In this document: one piece after another, positions 1-9,048 of the stretch | How positions within the stretch are numbered: the first letter of the stretch is position 1 | Layout of the letters: every line of letters starts with the position of its first letter | Origin: Candidatus Woesearchaeota archaeon | GTDB taxonomy: Archaea; Nanobdellota; Nanobdellia; Woesearchaeales; SM23-78 | Assembly (NCBI GenBank): GCA_016933095.1 | Contig: JAFGBP010000069.1 | Location: 1-55,869 of the forward strand | Direction of reading: 5' to 3' | Length of the DNA: 55,869 nt | Notes under the pieces: model-generated | Databases searched by the model: none | Told to the model about the DNA's origin: nothing | Seen by the model: only the letters and a program-made list of their open reading frames with translations | Made by a program: the position numbers and the translations under genes

Positions 1-455
1 ACCGGGATGGGGAAGTGCTGCCTGACGAGCCGATCCCTCAGCCTCCTGCGCCTGTCAACTGGGCTGCTGATCCAAACGCTCCTGTATCTTCAGCGGGCTA
101 TTCTGATTATTCTGATGAGCAGGTAAGCATTCCGAGGCTTGGCACGCAGCTTCAACCTGTGCCTGCGGCTTCAAGCCAGGCTCCTTCCATGAGCGCTCCT
201 GTAGAGGATGAATCGTTCACGCCTCCCGCGGCAAAGCCGGAGATTCCGAATCCGCGCTCAAAAATTGCAGTCCTTGCAAGGGATGCAAGAGCTCTTCTCT
301 CCCAGGGAAGAGTGCTTGATGCCGAAGAGGTTTACATGGAAGCGAGAAAGATATATTCTGACCTAAGGTCCAGGCACGCTGCTGACTTCTCGCTCTATCA
401 CGAGCTTAAGCAGTTGTATGACGAGATCCAGACCAGGCTTTCGAAGGCCAGCTGA
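1..455 (+). CDS. Hypothetical protein, C-terminal fragment (5' end outside window). Pro/Ala/Ser-rich region followed by a conserved helical tail module.
   Basis: The frame is open from nt 3 with no stop before 453-455. The tail KIAVLARDARALLSQGRVLDAEEVYMEARKIYSDLRSRHAADFSLYHELKQLYDEIQTRLSKAS aligns with the C-termini of 769..2190 and 22123..24306. Confidence 0.6.
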   Translation, partial: RDGEVLPDEPIPQPPAPVNWAADPNAPVSSAGYSDYSDEQVSIPRLGTQLQPVPAASSQAPSMSAPVEDESFTPPAAKPEIPNPRSKIAVLARDARALLSQGRVLDAEEVYMEARKIYSDLRSRHAADFSLYHELKQLYDEIQTRLSKAS

Positions 456-768
456 TTGATGTTGTATTAACGCGGCATGCTCGCTGGGAGCCACTTGTTC
501 TTCAGCCTCCTTTTCAAGGGAGTGCGTTGAAAGTCTTCAGTGCACGGCACTCACCGAATATTAGCAAGAATCATTTGCCGAGTCTAGTGTAATCTGGCGT
601 AATGGCCTGGTTTGCTTGAAGGAGTGCCAATGTGCAGCAGAGTATGGCTCTGCGCACAAGTAAGCTATGCTTACTCCGTGCACTTTTTCAACTCACCCTT
701 TTCAAGGGAAAGGTTTATATATAATCTTATTCAAGTGGGATGTTGGAAAAGGTTTTAGGGGTAAGTTG

Positions 769-2190
769 ATGAACAAGAGTAGGTTGCCGGCGTTATTTAT
801 TGTGTTATCTATCCTGTGCGTGTTCTCTCTGGCTTTACGGGTTGTTTCTGCAGATGAACAAGTCTTAGGGCAGGTTGAGAAGTTCTGGACCCACATCCCC
901 GCCGATACTCCTGAGACTTGGGAGATCTCGAATGACGTCATAGGATTCACAGCAATCGACTTTACATTGTCGATGGGGACTCCGAGCGTTCGAATATCAG
1001 TTGACGCGTTGAGCGAGGTTCCATCCCACCTTGCGCCTTCTGATTCAGAAGTCTACAAGGTCCTCAAAGTCTTGTCCTTAGAAGTGGATCCTGATAATCT
1101 TGAAGGCCTGGCAACTATCAAGTTCAAGGTTTCAAAAGACTGGATTAAGTCCAATGGGATTGATAAGAACACTGTCCACTTGAAGCGCTACAAGTCAGGA
1201 TCCTGGGCAATTCTTGATACGAAGCTAGTCTCAGAGGGCTTGTCGAGCGTGTTCTACGAGGCTAAGACTCCTGGTTTCAGCTACTTTGTGATTGCTGGTT
1301 TGAAAGAGGTTGACTCTTCTCCTGTCGTTGCGGCGGCTGATGAATTTGCCTGGCAGGACGCTGTTGCATCAGAGCCTGCGCCTGTTGTTGAGACTCGGGG
1401 TGAGGTTGAGAAACAGCCTCGGTTGTCGCCTCCTGCTCAGGCTGGTGCGCCTGCTGTCGAGCCTGAGTCAAAGCCTTTGCTCCAGCTCCCATTTCAGGTG
1501 AAGTTCGACTGGCTCATAGATTATACAAAGGGTTATACTAAGGATTATCCTCCTGCCGTGCCTTACGTCGCAGTCGGAGTGGTCTTGGGAATCTTGCTGA
1601 TCCTGATTTTGGTGCACGTCTTCCATCATCATTCCGTTCCTGTTCCTCCGATGCCTTCGGCTAGCATCATGGATGAGCCTCCTGCCCCGTCGCGGGAGAT
1701 GATGTCTTCTCCTGTTGTTGATGATCAAGGCTCGATCACTTTTGTCGGTGGAGCTCCTGACCCGTCACTCATGCCCTCGAAAGAGGAGTTGGAGGAAGTG
1801 CTTGGCCAACCAGCCGCTGTTGCTCCTGCTGGCTCTGAAGCCGTTGTGAAAGAGGAACTTCCTGCAGGACCTGGAGAAGGGATGGAGTCTGAGCAAGAAG
1901 TTGTCGAGGAAGAGCAAGAGCCTGCGGTCTTGGAAGCTGAAGAGGCTCAGACCGTCGACTTGGTGTCTGAGAAGCGGTACAACATAAATAATCCTGTGCT
2001 TGCTGACATCGCGAAGAGCGTGCGTCGCATGTTGGCCCAAGGCCGGGTGAGCGAGGCTAAGTCCAAGTTCCTGGAGGGGAAGAATGTTTACCAGGGCTTG
2101 AAGGCGCGCGGAGAGGCTACCATGGACTTGTACAATGCCTTGAAGAAGCTGCACGACGACATCCAGAGGAAGCTTAACGAGGCTTCTTGA
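769..2190 (+). CDS. Single-pass membrane protein. Order of parts: signal peptide, PGF-pre-PGF-like domain, Pro/Ala linker, TM helix, acidic cytoplasmic region, conserved helical tail module.
   Basis: The ATG at 769 follows a TATA-like box (GGTTTATATATAAT, about 708-722) and a G-rich RBS. The N-terminus MNKSRLPALFIVLSILCVFSLALRVVSA is signal-like. The stretch ...FKVSKDWIKSNGIDKNTVHLKRYKSGSWAILDTKLVSEGLSSVFYEAKTPGFSYFVIAG matches the PGF-pre-PGF domain pattern. The TM helix is VPYVAVGVVLGILLILILVHVF. The ORF-track start at 667 is probably too far upstream. Confidence 0.7.
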   Translation: MNKSRLPALFIVLSILCVFSLALRVVSADEQVLGQVEKFWTHIPADTPETWEISNDVIGFTAIDFTLSMGTPSVRISVDALSEVPSHLAPSDSEVYKVLKVLSLEVDPDNLEGLATIKFKVSKDWIKSNGIDKNTVHLKRYKSGSWAILDTKLVSEGLSSVFYEAKTPGFSYFVIAGLKEVDSSPVVAAADEFAWQDAVASEPAPVVETRGEVEKQPRLSPPAQAGAPAVEPESKPLLQLPFQVKFDWLIDYTKGYTKDYPPAVPYVAVGVVLGILLILILVHVFHHHSVPVPPMPSASIMDEPPAPSREMMSSPVVDDQGSITFVGGAPDPSLMPSKEELEEVLGQPAAVAPAGSEAVVKEELPAGPGEGMESEQEVVEEEQEPAVLEAEEAQTVDLVSEKRYNINNPVLADIAKSVRRMLAQGRVSEAKSKFLEGKNVYQGLKARGEATMDLYNALKKLHDDIQRKLNEAS

Positions 2191-2215
2191 TCTTCTCTTA
2201 GAATTCTGTGCTTAT

Positions 2216-2575
2216 CTATCTATGATAAGGGTCTTCATCTAAGAAGTTCCGCGGGCACTTCTCGAACATGCAAGGGCCTTTAAGAAGCGTGCACTTGAAA
2301 GTCACGGTGTTGGTGCCTACCTCTTCCTTCTTGTTGGGACACCGCTCCCAGATCGCATTCTTCCACTCGAATATCGACGAGAACCTCTTGGTCTTGACTG
2401 CGCTCGCGATCTTCTCCTCGTCCTGGGCCTGCCTGCCTTCGAAGAGCTTGATGTCTTCCTGCAATCCCTTGATCTCCAATGATAGGTTGATTGATTGCTT
2501 GACAAGCTTCTTGAGCTCTTTCACTTCCTCGTATAAGTCTTCGTTCGATATCGGCACTGAAACGACCTCTTTCAT
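2216..2575 (-). CDS. Hypothetical protein with a coiled-coil N-terminal half and a 4-Cys C-terminal half.
   Basis: 119-aa ORF. The Cys pattern CPNKK..x..C..x..C..x..CP suggests a small metal-binding domain. One copy of the conserved hairpin element lies about 80 nt upstream in the same orientation. Confidence 0.55.
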   Translation of the reverse strand: MKEVVSVPISNEDLYEEVKELKKLVKQSINLSLEIKGLQEDIKLFEGRQAQDEEKIASAVKTKRFSSIFEWKNAIWERCPNKKEEVGTNTVTFKCTLLKGPCMFEKCPRNFLDEDPYHR

Positions 2576-2655
2576 TCCTCCTGAGGTGGCGGTCTATTTA
2601 AAGATTTTGAAAAGCGTGTTCCTTGTGAAATCATCTTGCTGTTTCTTTAGATCAC

Positions 2656-2699
2656 CCGGCGCTTGGTCGGATTTAGCTTTGGATGAAGCGCCGCTCTAT
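2656..2699 (-). promoter_or_regulatory. Conserved imperfect-hairpin element, copy C (upstream of 2216..2575).
   Basis: Minus-sense sequence ATAGAGCGGCGCTTCATCCAAAGCTAAATCCGACCAAGCGCCGG, about 80 nt upstream of the minus-strand ATG at 2575. Confidence 0.55.
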
Positions 2700-2816
2700 G
2701 TAGGCTCTTATGTCTATGTTATGTGGCAGAAACTTATAGGACTGTCGTCCTGAACTTACGATGTGCTTCGCGCATAGTAAGCTTTATAAACCCCCTGCGT
2801 TTTCGGGAAAGATACT

Positions 2817-3560
2817 ATGGCGAAAGACAGTGTTGAAGCATTGATCGAAGGAGGGAAAGCAACAGCTGCGCCTCCACTAGGCCCAGCCCTTGGTCCGAAG
2901 GGTGTCAATATAGGCCAGGTCATCGCTGAGATCAACAAGAAGACTGCTGACTTCAAGGGCATGCAGGTTCCTGTCAAGGTCATAATTGATTCTGATACTA
3001 AGGAGTTTGAGATTTCCATCGGGACTCCTCCAGCGGCTGCTCTCATCAAGAAGGAGGCGGGCCTGGACAAGGGAGCGGGCAACCCTCTTGACCACGTAGC
3101 GGACCTGAAGATCGAGCAGATCATGAAGATCGCCAAGATGAAGTCTGACGCGCTCAACGGCAAGGACTTGAAGAGCAAGGTCAAGGAGATCGTCGGAACC
3201 TGCAACTCCATGGGCGTAATGGTTGAGGAGATGCATGCCAGGGATGCCCTGAGGGCTATCGAGGCTGGCAAGTTCGACGAGAAGATCAAATCTGGAAAGA
3301 CTGAGCTGACTGCTGAGGAGATCAAGAAGATTGCTGAAGAGAAGAAGAGATTGCAGGAAGAGATCGCCAAGAAGCGCGATGAATATGTGGCTCGGGGTAA
3401 GGCCGTCATCAAGGAGATGGAAGGCAAGGAGCCCAAGCTTGTCAAGAAGAGGATGGAAGAGCTTGAGATTCCAGAGATTATTATCAAGGAGCTCTTGCCT
3501 GGCGCTGACGCCAAGGGCGGCGCTGGCGGTAAGCCTGCTGCTCCTGCTGCTAAGAAGTAA
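2817..3560 (+). CDS. rpl11: 50S ribosomal protein L11 with a C-terminal extension of about 85 aa.
   Basis: GGKATAAPPLGPALGPKGVNIGQVIAEINKKT is the L11 N-terminal signature. A TATA-like GCTTTATAAAC sits about 28 nt upstream of the ATG, which suggests a leaderless or short-leader mRNA. Confidence 0.9.
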   Translation: MAKDSVEALIEGGKATAAPPLGPALGPKGVNIGQVIAEINKKTADFKGMQVPVKVIIDSDTKEFEISIGTPPAAALIKKEAGLDKGAGNPLDHVADLKIEQIMKIAKMKSDALNGKDLKSKVKEIVGTCNSMGVMVEEMHARDALRAIEAGKFDEKIKSGKTELTAEEIKKIAEEKKRLQEEIAKKRDEYVARGKAVIKEMEGKEPKLVKKRMEELEIPEIIIKELLPGADAKGGAGGKPAAPAAKK

Positions 3561-3713
3561 ACTCTTTTTTGATATTTCTCATGTTAAAACGTAATTGTTT
3601 TTCAGCTCGTTTTTTTGGATTCTGCGCCGCGAAGTCCTTTTTTTCTTCCCAAAACTATATATATCGGGCTTAGTTTTCCTTCTGTTAACTTACCTATCAG
3701 AGGTGATAGATTA

Positions 3714-4505
3714 ATGGGATTGACATTCAGTTTTTCTGACCGTACCGGGGAGCCAGAGAAGATGCTAAGTTATTCTTATCGCGGCCACAACTGGAGATTC
3801 GTTGCTAAGGCAGTATTGATGTTGAGGGAGGCTTTGCTTGATCAGTTTGTCGATCCAAAGCTTTTGAGTGCCTTGAGAAGCGGTGCTGATAATTATGAGG
3901 AAGTGATGGCAGACCTTGATGAGGAATCCAAAGCCATCCTGGTATCCAGATGCGCTGGGGTTTTTGAATCTAAAGAAGAGACTGCTCGAGAGATTGAGAA
4001 GCTTGACATGATAAGATATCATGTGTTGGCGCCTGTGGGGAGCCGTTCTTTTGATGCGCACGCAGGGGACTGGGCCAGGACTAGGTATGGGTATGAGGTG
4101 TTTAGGACTGGGCTGGTGATAAATCCTGGTGGCTACATTCCAGAGTCCAAGATTGAATCCATTCTTTCCTTGGGCAAGGATGGTGTGTTGCGAGGAGAAG
4201 ACGTTCCCGCCTATAAGAGGGCTTCTGAGCTTAAGCTTAAATCAGGCGACGCCGTGTCTTTCGCTTGCTCTTTGGAGCGCTTGTCAAAGACTTATGGTGA
4301 GATGCCGCGTGTCGGATCCTCTTTACCTTCGGTTGCGGGTCTGGAAGTGGCTGATACGGTGTGGGATGGCGAGAAGAGGTTTAAGATAGTTTCTGATTGT
4401 AATTTTGGCATTACTTTGAGGAGCGACGAGGCTCATTATAGTTTCATTCAGGAATTCGCGAACTCTTTGGTGAACAGCATGTATCAGAAGTTTTCATCGA
4501 AATAA
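3714..4505 (+). CDS. Hypothetical protein.
   Basis: The ATG at 3714 is preceded by the GAGGTGATA RBS and the TATA-like ACTATATATATC. I recognise no family. The ORF-track start at 3615 is probably too far upstream. Confidence 0.55.
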   Translation: MGLTFSFSDRTGEPEKMLSYSYRGHNWRFVAKAVLMLREALLDQFVDPKLLSALRSGADNYEEVMADLDEESKAILVSRCAGVFESKEETAREIEKLDMIRYHVLAPVGSRSFDAHAGDWARTRYGYEVFRTGLVINPGGYIPESKIESILSLGKDGVLRGEDVPAYKRASELKLKSGDAVSFACSLERLSKTYGEMPRVGSSLPSVAGLEVADTVWDGEKRFKIVSDCNFGITLRSDEAHYSFIQEFANSLVNSMYQKFSSK

Positions 4506-4646
4506 TCTTCGAATGAGACCACGCAGACTCTTTTATATTATCATCTCTTTTTCCTCTTCTTCCAGATCTTCAATTCTCCGTCCTCCTGTGATTTTCTCGG
4601 TTTAAATCCATAAATTTTATATATCCTCTTCGTGCTTTTCGTTCTT

Positions 4647-5978
4647 ATGAAGCTGACGGCTTTCAAATCATACGATGTAAGGGGCGTGTATCCGACTGAC
4701 ATCAACGAGGAGCTTGCCGCGGCTGCTGCTAAGGCTTTTGTCTTCCACATGAGGGCGGGCAAGATAGTCATCGGCAGGGACGGACGGACGAGCAGCCCTT
4801 CGATACACGCTGCTGTCGTCGAGGCTATCATGGAGCTGGGTGTTGACGTCTTTGACATCGGGCTTTGCCCTTCTCCGCTGTTCAACTATGCAGTCGCCAC
4901 CAAGGGTTTTCCTGGCGGCATAATGATAACTGCTTCTCATAGTCCTCCTGAGTATAATGCTTTGAAGATGAACAAGGAGGGCATCCAGATCTGCAGTCCT
5001 GGAGAGCTTGACGATGTGAAGAAGCTCGTCATTGATCCTTCTCCTATCAAGCCTTTGGGTCAGGGCCGCGGGCGAAAGGTGATACTGGATGTGTTGAAGG
5101 ATTATGTTAAGGAGGTTGTCGAGCACTTCGAGAAGGTGAAGGGCTTGAGGGTGGTTGTCGACTTTGCTAACGGCATGGGCGCGATCACGGCGAGACCGGT
5201 CTTTGAGAAGCTCGGCCTTGACTTCGTCTTCTTGAACGAGGAGGTCAACTTCGTGAATCCTGACCACTTGGCTAATCCTCTTGAGGAGAAGAACCTTGTG
5301 CAGATACGTAAGGCCGTGGTGGAGGAGAAGGCTGACTGCGGCATCTTCTTTGACGGCGACGCTGACAGGGTGATATTCATTGATGAGAAGGGCAGGCCTA
5401 TCTATCCTGACATATTGACCGCTATAATAGCTCCTCACGAGCTACAAGGCCGGGCTGACAAGAGGGTGTATTATGATCTCAGGTTTTCCAAGGCCGTCCC
5501 TGACGTCATACGCGAGCATCGCGGTGACCCTGTGATGCTGCGCGTCGGCAACCCTTTCTACAAGGAGAAGCTTAAGAACGCGGGCGGCGTGTTTGCGGCC
5601 GAGCTCTCAGGCCACATGATGTTCCAGGACCACTATGCAATCGACGACGGGTTGTATGCTTCCTTGAAGATCTTGAAGGTGATTGTGTCTGAGTCCAAGA
5701 AGCTCTCTGTCTTGGCAGATGCCGTGAACAAGTACCATGCTTCTCCTGAGCTGAACTTCCACGTGAAGGATGCTGATGCCACTATGAAGAAAGTTAGGTC
5801 TAGCTTTAAAGGCGGTAAGGTCTTGGAGCTGGACGGCTTGACACTTGACTTTGGGGACTGGTGGTTTAACATCCGCAAGAGCATGACTGATCCTGTGGTT
5901 AGGCTCAGGATCGAGGCTGACACTGCCGAGACTTTGGCGGCGATGAGGAAGAAGATCGAGGGGATTATCGAGGAGTGA
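4647..5978 (+). CDS. Phosphohexomutase (phosphomannomutase / phosphoglucomutase / phosphoglucosamine mutase family).
   Basis: MKLTAFKSYDVRG; an active-site loop TASHSPPEYNALK; a metal loop FDGDADR; and the GE.SGH-like AELSGHMMF. The TATA-like AAATTTTATATATCC lies about 25 nt upstream of the ATG at 4647. Confidence 0.9.
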   Translation: MKLTAFKSYDVRGVYPTDINEELAAAAAKAFVFHMRAGKIVIGRDGRTSSPSIHAAVVEAIMELGVDVFDIGLCPSPLFNYAVATKGFPGGIMITASHSPPEYNALKMNKEGIQICSPGELDDVKKLVIDPSPIKPLGQGRGRKVILDVLKDYVKEVVEHFEKVKGLRVVVDFANGMGAITARPVFEKLGLDFVFLNEEVNFVNPDHLANPLEEKNLVQIRKAVVEEKADCGIFFDGDADRVIFIDEKGRPIYPDILTAIIAPHELQGRADKRVYYDLRFSKAVPDVIREHRGDPVMLRVGNPFYKEKLKNAGGVFAAELSGHMMFQDHYAIDDGLYASLKILKVIVSESKKLSVLADAVNKYHASPELNFHVKDADATMKKVRSSFKGGKVLELDGLTLDFGDWWFNIRKSMTDPVVRLRIEADTAETLAAMRKKIEGIIEE

Positions 5979-6123
5979 TTGGGCTTCTTAGGGCTTTTAT
6001 CCTGTTCTGGCTTGTTTCTTTGCAGGCCGTACTCTTTGATTCGTATCCCTCCTTGTTTCTATTCATAGTAGAAACTAGTTCCTGTTAGCAATCGAAATAT
6101 TTAAATAGTAACTATTAGTTAAC

Positions 6124-6741
6124 ATGTGTGAACTAATAATTAACATGATTGTTTCAACCGAACTGGAAAGAGAACTCGTACTTAAGCTAGTCAAAGACTT
6201 CACCAAAGAATACAATTCAAGCAACATAGCAAAGGAAGTCGGAAAAACAAGAGTTGGAACATTCAAAGCATTAAAGGCACTAGAACAAAAGCAGTTAGTC
6301 ACAAGCAAAGTCCTGGGAAAAGCAAGGTTTTACAAATTTAACCTTGCGAGCCCCTTTGCAAGAAAATCAGTGGAACTGCTGTTGATGGATGAAGCCAACA
6401 AGCACCAAAGATGGATTGAAGAATTCAAAGAAATATTCGAAACCGTAAATGTTGCGATTTTATTTGGGTCAATCATAAATAGAAGGAACGCAAACGACAT
6501 TGATCTGATGCTAGTCTATCCGATTGATAGCAACGATAGGGTCAATTCATACGTGGCTGCAAAAAATGAGATGATGACAAAGAAGATACACTTGCTGAAG
6601 CAGACAAAAGAAGATTTGATGAAGAACCTCAAGAACAAAGACGCCGTTATTATTGATGTTATCAGAAACGGGATTGTATTGCATGGATGCGAGGAATTAG
6701 TGGAGCTGATGCGATGTGTCACAGGCCAAGAACAAGGTTGA
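6124..6741 (+). CDS. Nucleotidyltransferase (MNT-type) with an N-terminal winged-helix domain. Probable antitoxin-like partner of the downstream HEPN gene.
   Basis: wHTH-like region NIAKEVGKTRVGTFKALKALEQKQLV. NTase motif ILFGSIINRRNANDIDLMLVY (GS...DxD). The gene overlaps the next gene by 26 nt. Confidence 0.75.
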   Translation: MCELIINMIVSTELERELVLKLVKDFTKEYNSSNIAKEVGKTRVGTFKALKALEQKQLVTSKVLGKARFYKFNLASPFARKSVELLLMDEANKHQRWIEEFKEIFETVNVAILFGSIINRRNANDIDLMLVYPIDSNDRVNSYVAAKNEMMTKKIHLLKQTKEDLMKNLKNKDAVIIDVIRNGIVLHGCEELVELMRCVTGQEQG

Positions 6742-7228
6742 GTGGTGCCTCCGAAAAGCCAGAAAAGAGCTTGAAGGCTCTGCCAAGCACAGGGGGCTGG
6801 TGGAGACGAAACCTGATCTGGAAGAGGCAAAGAAACATATTGCGAAAGCAGAACACAACCTCAAAGCCGTTCTGTCCTTTGAGAAGGCTGGATTCTCCGA
6901 CTGGTCGGTAAGCGCGTCGTTCTACACGATATATCATTGTCTGCTGGCGGTTATCAGGAAGCATGGGTTCGAATCAAGGAACCAGGAATGCACTCTTGCG
7001 ATGATCGAACACTTGCTTGAGCAAGGGAAGGTCAGGATAAGCAAGGATGTTATCGAAGCAGTGAAGACTACTGATGCGGAGGAGAGGCACGAGATAAGCG
7101 CCATAACGCTAAGGGAAGACTATCAATACGGGACCGAGACGAGCATCCGGGATGGCAGGCTAGATGACCTCAGGGCCCTGTGCAGGAAAGCGATCGACGA
7201 GGCCAAAGAAGAGATCTATCGGGCGTGA
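6716..7228 (+). CDS. HEPN domain protein, partner of the MNT gene.
   Basis: All-helical. KHIAKAEHNLKAVLSFEKAGFSDWSVSASFYTIYHCLLAVIRKHGFESRN follows the typical HEPN helix-1/helix-2 pattern. It has a GTG start that overlaps the MNT gene. I could not find a clean Rx4-6H motif. Confidence 0.7.
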   Translation: MSQAKNKVEWCLRKARKELEGSAKHRGLVETKPDLEEAKKHIAKAEHNLKAVLSFEKAGFSDWSVSASFYTIYHCLLAVIRKHGFESRNQECTLAMIEHLLEQGKVRISKDVIEAVKTTDAEERHEISAITLREDYQYGTETSIRDGRLDDLRALCRKAIDEAKEEIYRA

Positions 7229-7418
7229 TGGCCAAAAACAATGGTTGGTGGAAATGGTTTTATTCTGCTTCCCAGATTTTTATATTAACTCAATAGTGAC
7301 AACAAAACCGAAAGCTTTATAAACTAGTGAAACAACAATAGCCCTAGAAACGGCCCAGAAAAACAAAGGTCTAAAAAAGAAACTAACATTCCAAGAACAA
7401 CCGAGGTGCAAAAACAAA

Positions 7419-8384
7419 ATGACACTAGACGAAAAGATTATTAACGAACCAAAGCGAAGATCATTCTTAAAGAAAGCAGGACAATACGCGCGTGACTTCT
7501 TGCTTGGAGCAGCGCTTGTTACAGGCATAGGATGCGGTGGCGGTCCAACACAGCCTTCTCCTCCACCTTCACCAACACCGCCTGCCACTTACGAGAAAGC
7601 CACAAGGATTATAGGCTCTCCAAGCGGAACAGTTTACAACCCAGATGCCAGGTTCTTAGTACAGAACGGAGTGGCTACAATATCCCAAGCAGAGCTTGAA
7701 GCAGCCGGTGCGCCAAGCGCCAGGCATGCAGTCGCTACCGAGGAGCCTGTTGGAGGTTTCGTCGGTGACGTAGTTGGCGCTATGAGAAACGGTGTCATGT
7801 ACGCTCATTTCGATGCTGACGGATACGGCCAGTTAATTGTAGCAGAGGCTCCCGATACAGTTGACTGCGCAGTTAACTCTTACGGCATGGGCCAGGATAT
7901 CATCTTTGGCCAGGTTTCAGGCGGCGGAACAACTGTTGTGACCAGGAAGATAGTGCCTGGGGAGACTGTATTGGGCGAAACTGGTGCTGATGGTCCGGAT
8001 AGTTACGTGACTAATGCCATGAACAAGTTCAACAATCTAATGATGGTCGGTGGCCAGAGGATTTTGTTCCTTAACTATGCTAAGGAAAACCCTGGAGCGA
8101 CCTTTTTGGAAGGATACTTAAGTAGCATCCATACTATGGGATTGAACGGCCCAAAGATATTTGCCGCAGCAAGATCGACAGGTAACCCTGTTAATCAAGT
8201 GGCTGTTTTTATGCGAGAGACTTTGGAAGCTACTCTCGTGCCTAGGGTGAATAATCCTGTGTGTGGTGGCGAAGAGCCTGTCTGGTATAATGGTGCTGGA
8301 GAGGCTGCACAATATAACCAAGCCGCTCATGACTATGCGCCAATGGTTGGATTGTATGCTCTGGCTAAAAGAAAGGGCTTTTAA
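7419..8384 (+). CDS. Secreted lipoprotein with a twin-arginine signal; function unknown.
   Basis: KRRSFLKKAG (Tat consensus RRxFLK), then LGAALVTGIGCGG (lipobox-like Cys), then a PSPPPSPTPP linker. Confidence 0.65.
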   Translation: MTLDEKIINEPKRRSFLKKAGQYARDFLLGAALVTGIGCGGGPTQPSPPPSPTPPATYEKATRIIGSPSGTVYNPDARFLVQNGVATISQAELEAAGAPSARHAVATEEPVGGFVGDVVGAMRNGVMYAHFDADGYGQLIVAEAPDTVDCAVNSYGMGQDIIFGQVSGGGTTVVTRKIVPGETVLGETGADGPDSYVTNAMNKFNNLMMVGGQRILFLNYAKENPGATFLEGYLSSIHTMGLNGPKIFAAARSTGNPVNQVAVFMRETLEATLVPRVNNPVCGGEEPVWYNGAGEAAQYNQAAHDYAPMVGLYALAKRKGF

Positions 8385-8489
8385 GGTATTTTTTTATATT
8401 ATTTTTATTATCATTTTTATGTTCTTCCTCTTCTTTTTTTCAAAAGCTTTATTAATGGGTATTTCTAGAGAGAGGGAAAGAGGTGTTTT

Positions 8490-9029
8490 TTGCAGTTGAG
8501 GTCGGGCTTTAGGCTTATTTTGAATTGGGCATTGCTTTTGGGCTTAGTTTCTTCTGTGCTCTTCTTGTCTGGCTGTGCCAGTTCCTCTGGTGCTAAGGCT
8601 TGGCTTGATCCTCAGATGAGCGTTTATTTTGCTTCTTTCCCTTATGATATGACTGGTGTTAATGAGTTTTTCATTCCTGCTTCCAGCCAGCAGAAGCTTG
8701 ACACTTTTGACATGGACGGCCAGACCTTCTATAAGCTGGCTTTTGTGTCTAACTTCACGATCGATAATGAGCTTGATTTTGTTGGTGAGAGTGTGTTTTG
8801 CAAGGATGGGTCTGGCAAGGAGTTTGATTTTGCAATCAACCCCTCTACGTTTACAGTGGGAGATGCTCCGGCTACTTTCAAGAACGGGGTGAAGCCCGGT
8901 CAGGTAACTGGTGTCGGTTTTGAAGTGCTCTTCCCTGAAGACATGAAGGAGTTCTCCTGTTCATTGAACGTGTTTTTCGGTGAGCCTAATCAAGTGCAGG
9001 GTAATAATGTGAAGGTTGTCCTGGAATAA
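8490..9029 (+). CDS. Small secreted lipoprotein; function unknown.
   Basis: TTG start. Signal plus lipobox-like LVSSVLFLSGCASS. The start is preceded by a GAGAGGGAAAGAGGTG RBS region. Confidence 0.6.
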   Translation: MQLRSGFRLILNWALLLGLVSSVLFLSGCASSSGAKAWLDPQMSVYFASFPYDMTGVNEFFIPASSQQKLDTFDMDGQTFYKLAFVSNFTIDNELDFVGESVFCKDGSGKEFDFAINPSTFTVGDAPATFKNGVKPGQVTGVGFEVLFPEDMKEFSCSLNVFFGEPNQVQGNNVKVVLE

Positions 9030-9048
9030 GAATGTATGGTGATATAGA

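Noticed and set aside
667-768. N-terminal extensions of tracked ORFs at 667, 3615, 4632, 15192, 20970, 25702, 28021 and 28724.
   Set aside because: In each case an internal ATG is better placed. It lies behind an RBS or 25-30 nt after a TATA-like box, it begins the signal peptide or the conserved family N-terminus, and the extension overlaps a neighbouring gene or promoter.
2756-3514. Long antisense 'shadow' ORFs opposite well-supported genes. Examples: 2756..3514 (-) opposite rpl11; 4668..5438 (-) opposite the phosphohexomutase; 23015..23650 (+) opposite the 727-aa gene; 34126..34836 (-); 42278..43099 (-); 50795..51715 (+); 53442..53999 (+).
   Set aside because: Their translations are low-complexity (Ser/Leu/Arg-rich) with no recognisable motifs. 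The opposite strand carries clear family signatures in every case, so these are frame shadows and not genes.
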